Assembly (NCBI GenBank): GCA_048938445.1
Contig: JBHLME010000070.1
Span: 1 to 22,996 of the forward strand
Direction: 5' to 3'
DNA: 22,996 bases
DNA from: Promethearchaeota archaeon
Lineage (GTDB): Archaea > Asgardarchaeota > Lokiarchaeia > Sigyniarchaeales > SOKP01
Made by a program: the position numbers and the translations under genes
Notes under the pieces: model-generated
What the model saw: only the letters and a program-made list of their open reading frames with translations
Databases searched by the model: none
Told to the model about the DNA's origin: nothing
Shown: positions 18,149-22,996 of the stretch, piece by piece
Numbering within the stretch: the first letter of the stretch is position 1
How the letters are laid out: every line of letters begins with the position of its first letter

Positions 18149-19336
18149 ATGGCAAAGAAAGGAAAAACTACTAATAATGAACTAACAGCTGCAAAAGAAT
18201 TATTTAAGGAATATCAAAAGAAGAGGGATATGAGGGGAGATCTAAATCTTCCAGAAGATTCCGTTCAAGTCAAGAATCTTTCAACTAAAAAAACTTTAGA
18301 TCAATTATATTATGTAATAGATGATGTTATAGAGAAAATTTATAATACAGGAAGACCCTCCATCCATTTACCTGCTAGAACTGCAACTAATATCATATGG
18401 GACGAAGAAAATGATTTATTGTTGCTTGGTAAGCAAATTGCTGAGAAACAATTTCATTCGGCCGCTAGTGTCGAAGATCTTACTAGATTAATGCGAGTTG
18501 CAGAAGTTGTACATGAATTATTACTAAAAGATAAACATAGCACAAAAAGGGATATTTTTTATCAAGATGTTAATATATTTAAGGAGCAAAAAAATAGCGA
18601 TAAAAGTATAGAAGAAATTGCAACTGCTCTTTACACGACACGAAATAGTACACACATAGTCGCTGATGCTAAAGGTTTGTGTGCTGGGAGATTAAGAATC
18701 CGGGATGATAATGATATCCTTGATTTAGAAAAAATGGGAACTGGTGCTTGGTCTATCACACCAATGTTAGATAAAGTTGATATAATTGAATCAGATGCAG
18801 AATTTATCCTAATAATTGAAAAAGCAGCGGCAATGATGCGAATTCACGAAGACAAGTTTTGGAAAACCCATCCATGTATCATTATGACTGCTAAAGGTGC
18901 TCCTGATATGGCTACACGCATGTTTTTGAGAAAAATAAATAAAGAATTAAATTTACCAGTATTTAGTTTGGTAGATAGTGATCCCTATGGTCATTATATT
19001 CATAGTATTTATCTACGGGGTTCAAAAAAATTAAGTTATGAATCACCTTTTTTAGCAACTCCAGATATTAAACTTTTAGGTGTTTTAACTAAAGATTTAG
19101 ATGCATATAAAATCCCAAAAAATGCGAGAATTAAAATGAAGGATGCAGATATAAAGAGAACAAAGGAGCTATTAAATGAGGATTTTGTAAAAAAAAATAA
19201 AAAATGGGAAGAAGATATTAAATTAGCTTTAAAATTAAAAATAAAAGCAGAGATTCAAGCATTATCTTCAAAAGGTCTTGAATTTTTATCTGAGAAATAT
19301 TTACCAGAAAAATTAACTACAGGAGATTGGATTTAA
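18149..19336 (+). CDS. top6A: DNA topoisomerase VI subunit A (Spo11 family)
   Basis: TKRDIFY catalytic Tyr; TOPRIM IIEK and DSDPYG; KGAPD.ATR; KAEIQAL. Confidence 0.96.
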   Translation: MAKKGKTTNNELTAAKELFKEYQKKRDMRGDLNLPEDSVQVKNLSTKKTLDQLYYVIDDVIEKIYNTGRPSIHLPARTATNIIWDEENDLLLLGKQIAEKQFHSAASVEDLTRLMRVAEVVHELLLKDKHSTKRDIFYQDVNIFKEQKNSDKSIEEIATALYTTRNSTHIVADAKGLCAGRLRIRDDNDILDLEKMGTGAWSITPMLDKVDIIESDAEFILIIEKAAAMMRIHEDKFWKTHPCIIMTAKGAPDMATRMFLRKINKELNLPVFSLVDSDPYGHYIHSIYLRGSKKLSYESPFLATPDIKLLGVLTKDLDAYKIPKNARIKMKDADIKRTKELLNEDFVKKNKKWEEDIKLALKLKIKAEIQALSSKGLEFLSEKYLPEKLTTGDWI

Positions 19337-19351
19337 TAAAGGAGTAAGAAT

Positions 19352-19864
19352 ATGAAAGTCTTTCAAAAAAAAGATGGGGGAATAGTTCAAATTATTGATA
19401 AAGAAACAATGCAGGATTGGCCTATAGAATTACCCCTGCTTTTTGTCGAATACATACGCTCTAACCAAATGAGTGGTTATGGAGATGTTAAAAAGGAAGT
19501 TGAGACATATCTCGATGAAATAATGAATGATGTAGCCATCCCTCGCCTTATTAGAGTCTTAGAAGGTGAAAACGTGGAGGAAATTATTATGGCATTACAA
19601 AATATTGAAAAAATCTCAAAAAAAAATGCTGAAATGGCCAATCCAATTAAGAAATATCTTGAAAATTTGAAAAAAAATAAAGATGATAGAGTAAAAGAAT
19701 TAGCTAATAGTATCGCAGATAGTTTTGCGAAAGCAGATAGAAGAAAAGAATTAGCTAAAAAAAGAAAATTAATGCAACAAAAGGAGCAACAATTCTTAGA
19801 TGGAAAGATTTCAACAGAAGAATATGCTAATGCGAGGAAAGATTATCTTATATTAAAGGAATAA
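19352..19864 (+). CDS. Hypothetical helical protein with HEAT-like hairpins and C-terminal SHOCT-like motif
   Basis: SD GGAG at 19341-19344; AIPRLIRVLE...ALQNIEKI...LKKNKDDRVKELA; C-terminal LDGKISTEEYANARKDYL. Confidence 0.75.
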   Translation: MKVFQKKDGGIVQIIDKETMQDWPIELPLLFVEYIRSNQMSGYGDVKKEVETYLDEIMNDVAIPRLIRVLEGENVEEIIMALQNIEKISKKNAEMANPIKKYLENLKKNKDDRVKELANSIADSFAKADRRKELAKKRKLMQQKEQQFLDGKISTEEYANARKDYLILKE

Positions 19865-19908
19865 ATGCTTATTTAATAAAGAGTAAAAGAAAAATATAAG
19901 ATTTCTAC

Positions 19909-20460
19909 TCAATTTAAGTAAAATTTTCTCCAAATATTTATAAGTTCATATATTCTATTAAATAAAATTTGTTCCGAGGATGTCAGACGACTCTCATCAT
20001 CTATTGATATTTCTGTCTTAGTTAATTTTAATAGCTTTAATAATCTATTGTCCAAAATACTCATTATGTAAGAATCATATTTGTCCTTATCTAAATAGGG
20101 TCTTAATCCTTTTTTTATTTCCACATCAAGGAATTTTTTAAATTCTCTTATTTTATTTAAAAAGAATAGTGAATCTGGCCTGACTAGTTTTTGATTGTCC
20201 CGTTCAGAGATGGCATATCTTTGAACGACATTATTATCACATTTATCTCCATCATTTATTTTAAGTATCTCATTATCAATAAAAGGAAAGGCTTTAAATA
20301 ATTTCATTCTATATTCTTTTCCCTTTTCAAATGGCCCAATTCTTTCATTTAACAATGAAAATCCTTCATAATTCTTTATGCATTCCATTTTTATATCTTC
20401 ATTAAGAAAAATAAAATTTATTCGTTTAATTGAATCAGTAAAATCTTCTCTATAACTCAC
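19909..20460 (-). CDS. GINS complex subunit, Gins23 (Psf2/Psf3-like, B-A domain order)
   Basis: N-terminal beta domain (IGPFEKGKEYRMKLFKA..F...ILKI) followed by helical domain (ER...L...F; NRLLKLLKL; LTSSEQILF..I...I..WR). GTG start. Confidence 0.72.
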   Translation of the reverse strand: MSYREDFTDSIKRINFIFLNEDIKMECIKNYEGFSLLNERIGPFEKGKEYRMKLFKAFPFIDNEILKINDGDKCDNNVVQRYAISERDNQKLVRPDSLFFLNKIREFKKFLDVEIKKGLRPYLDKDKYDSYIMSILDNRLLKLLKLTKTEISIDDESRLTSSEQILFNRIYELINIWRKFYLN

Positions 20461-20579
20461 CTATCAAAAACACCAGAATTATAAAAATAAATTATTATTA
20501 TATTCTAAACAAAGTATAATAAGAGAAATAATTATTATATTAACATGTAAATAAAACTTACTTATTAGTGAAGCTAAAC

Positions 20580-22996
20580 TTGATTGAAATTCTTCTAATT
20601 ATCTTATTTATTGTTCTGTTTATCGTAGGATTCTTACTTATTTATAAGCAGGTAGCATTGGTTAAAAAAGGAGATTTTACATTAAGTAATCTCTTAAATT
20701 GTGTTATATATGGAATTATATTTGGAATTTCAGTAATGGTAGTAATGAGTATGGCAGTAATTTCTGCTATTGCATTGGATCCTTCTAGTCCTTTAAACAT
20801 TCATCCAATTGCACTACTCTTTCCTTTAATGTTTTGTTTATTTTTTGTCTCTTTTTATCCCCTTCTTGATTTTTTATACATTGCTCTCAGTAAAGAGAGA
20901 AACGAGGGTCTTACCCCATTCCAAAAATTAATTGGTGAATATATTATTAATAGGTTTAGTAATAAGGTCATTTCTTTAATTATAGCAATAGTTCTTTACT
21001 TTGGATTATTTATTATCCCCCCAATTCTATTAATTTTAGCAGGAATGCCGTTTTTAATGATATGGATGACATTTAACATAACCTATCCCTTATTAATCCT
21101 TACTTTTTATGGTTCTAAAGGATATATCGCCGGGATCTCCAATTGTTATTACCATATCCCTGAAATTAAGCGGCTTGCATTTTTAGGATTTGAAAATAAG
21201 AAGCGGTCCTTTAAAATGTTTTTAAAGGACTGGGTCTATTATCTCTTAATGGCAATGATGTTAGTAGTTTACGTATGGGCGTGGATGTCTCTGATTCAAA
21301 CAATTATTTTCTTTTTTACAGGGAAAATGGGCTTTTCCCCTATGTCTTCCGGTTTTGTGTTCATAACACTCGCATTTGGATTAGTCGGATACTTTACAAG
21401 GTATTGGAGTCGTCAAATCAAGTTCCGTTCAATCCAAATATATTTTGCGGCATGGCTTATGACCACAATTGCTATTAATGTATTCATAAATTTTCTCATA
21501 GTCAATACTAATATATTAGCTCCTACTCTCAACTCTTGGATATTAACGAGTGAGGTCATTACTACCTCTCGAACTTATGCGTGGGCTGCAGCTATAGAAG
21601 AGTTTGTCTTGATTATTTTTACTACTTATTTTTTTCTTAAAAGGAGTGCTAAATTTAATGTAAATATTCAATATTCAAAAATTACTGAATGTGGACAAAA
21701 ATTTGATCCAGTACCCTTATTTAATTTGATTAAAAGTCGTAATCGAATAATCAGAGAACATGCGGAGAACACATTGAAATTAATGTTTGAAAGAATGCCA
21801 TTAAAAAAAGAAGCAGAACTAAAAAATGAACAATTTATGAACCATCTTTTTGATGGTATCTGTGATTATAATCAAAAGTCTAAAAACATTTGTATTTATA
21901 TCCTCAATCAATTGGAAAATGACGTTCCAGATATTATTTTACCTTGGGTCTTACAAGCTCTTGAAGCTCCTAACTATGATAAATCCATTCCTGTTGCTAG
22001 CTCATTACTTAATTTAAATCCAAAATTATTACAAAAAATTCCTTTACAAACCATTAAAAGTCTCATAAATGATCCTGAATGGAAATTAAGACAAGTTGGT
22101 TTACAATTATTTTCTCAAATGGTTGAGAATGATTCTAATTTAATTAAAGAATTAAATCTCCAACATTATTTAAAAGATCCTGATAACAATATTCAAGCTG
22201 AAATATTAAATTTATTCGCTAAAACGTCATTTATGATCCCAATTGAAATTCTTTTTGAGAAAATTAAGCATTCCAATAAGAAAATTAGAACTGCAGCAAT
22301 TAAGAATCTAAAGAATGTTGAAATAGATAAAAATAATTCAGAATTTATTTCAAAAATCACTCCATTAGTAAAAGATCCTTCTAGTTCTGTTAGAGCAGCT
22401 ATTTTTAATTTTTTTACAAAAATAGATAATCTCAAGGAATTGTACATGCCGATTCTGCCATTTTTAGACGGATTGACGGATCCTGACGAAAATGTAAGGA
22501 ATTCTTCTATTTTACTTCTTGAAAAATATTTTATCGAGGATCCACAATCATTTAATATTGATGAAATTGTTAAAAGAATTAATCCAAATAATAATGAAAT
22601 ACTGAATAGCGTTTTAATTCTACTTGGAAAATTATGGAGTAAAGATCCAGAGAGAATTTTGTCTACTCTGTTAACTTTCATTAAGCATGATAATGAACAA
22701 TTAAGAACTAATATATCGAAAATTCTTGTTGATAAATACTCTGAAAATCCAAAATTAGTTTTAAAGAGTATAATTTCTGTGCCTGATGTTTCAAAATTTA
22801 TAACTAAAGGTATTATTGCAAGTACCATAATTGAAATAACCAAACAAGATCCAAAAAGAGTAATTGGAAAATTACTTAAATATTCAAATTCAAATAATAA
22901 AGATATCGTATTTAATGCCGTTGCCTCTTTGGATGGATTAGTAGAAAATTATTCACAATATATTAAATTAAAACCAATATTATCACTTATAAAGGA
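20580..22996 (+). CDS. Polytopic membrane protein fused to HEAT-repeat solenoid, truncated at right edge (not in ORF track)
   Basis: Manual translation from TTG 20580 (alternative GTG 20568) is open to the window end, about 805 codons. MIEILLIILFIVLFIVGFLLIY... gives about 9 hydrophobic segments to about 21640, then HEAT-like units LINDPEWKLR, YLKDPDNNIQ, IKHSNKKIR, LVKDPSSSVR, GLTDPDENVR and IKHDNEQLR. Confidence 0.9.
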   Translation, partial: MIEILLIILFIVLFIVGFLLIYKQVALVKKGDFTLSNLLNCVIYGIIFGISVMVVMSMAVISAIALDPSSPLNIHPIALLFPLMFCLFFVSFYPLLDFLYIALSKERNEGLTPFQKLIGEYIINRFSNKVISLIIAIVLYFGLFIIPPILLILAGMPFLMIWMTFNITYPLLILTFYGSKGYIAGISNCYYHIPEIKRLAFLGFENKKRSFKMFLKDWVYYLLMAMMLVVYVWAWMSLIQTIIFFFTGKMGFSPMSSGFVFITLAFGLVGYFTRYWSRQIKFRSIQIYFAAWLMTTIAINVFINFLIVNTNILAPTLNSWILTSEVITTSRTYAWAAAIEEFVLIIFTTYFFLKRSAKFNVNIQYSKITECGQKFDPVPLFNLIKSRNRIIREHAENTLKLMFERMPLKKEAELKNEQFMNHLFDGICDYNQKSKNICIYILNQLENDVPDIILPWVLQALEAPNYDKSIPVASSLLNLNPKLLQKIPLQTIKSLINDPEWKLRQVGLQLFSQMVENDSNLIKELNLQHYLKDPDNNIQAEILNLFAKTSFMIPIEILFEKIKHSNKKIRTAAIKNLKNVEIDKNNSEFISKITPLVKDPSSSVRAAIFNFFTKIDNLKELYMPILPFLDGLTDPDENVRNSSILLLEKYFIEDPQSFNIDEIVKRINPNNNEILNSVLILLGKLWSKDPERILSTLLTFIKHDNEQLRTNISKILVDKYSENPKLVLKSIISVPDVSKFITKGIIASTIIEITKQDPKRVIGKLLKYSNSNNKDIVFNAVASLDGLVENYSQYIKLKPILSLIK

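Noticed and set aside
21275-22843. Track ORFs 21275-21478 (+) and 22193-22843 (-)
   Set aside because: Out-of-frame or antisense overlaps of the long ORF starting at 20580.
1-22996. CRISPR arrays, tRNA/rRNA genes, transposases
   Set aside because: No regularly spaced repeats, GC-rich structured RNA segments or transposase/integrase motifs seen; intergenic gaps are short and AT-rich.

Overview
AT-rich archaeal DNA, probably Asgard/Lokiarchaeia. This is inferred from topoisomerase VI, a Gins23-type GINS subunit, LysW-pathway genes, an archaeal-type CoaBC and very low G+C; there is no rRNA here to confirm it. From left to right: (1) a catabolic cluster with two tandem-duplicated PhlG/phloretin-hydrolase-like genes, a cyclase-family hydrolase, a His-less cupin, an SDR resembling phloroglucinol reductase and a 3-hydroxyacyl-CoA-dehydrogenase-family enzyme. 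Together these look like an anaerobic phloroglucinol/polyphenol degradation pathway in an archaeon, the main finding. (2) A MoxR AAA+/VWA/SWIM-finger operon. (3) lysX(argX-like)-lysZ-lysK on the minus strand, divergent from coaBC. (4) A greatly enlarged top6B, top6A and a small HEAT/SHOCT-like gene. (5) A convergent GINS gene. (6) An ORF of more than 800 codons missed by the ORF track (about 9 TM helices fused to HEAT repeats) that runs off the right end. No RNA genes, CRISPR arrays or mobile elements were recognised. All family assignments come from motif recognition and memory, not database searches.
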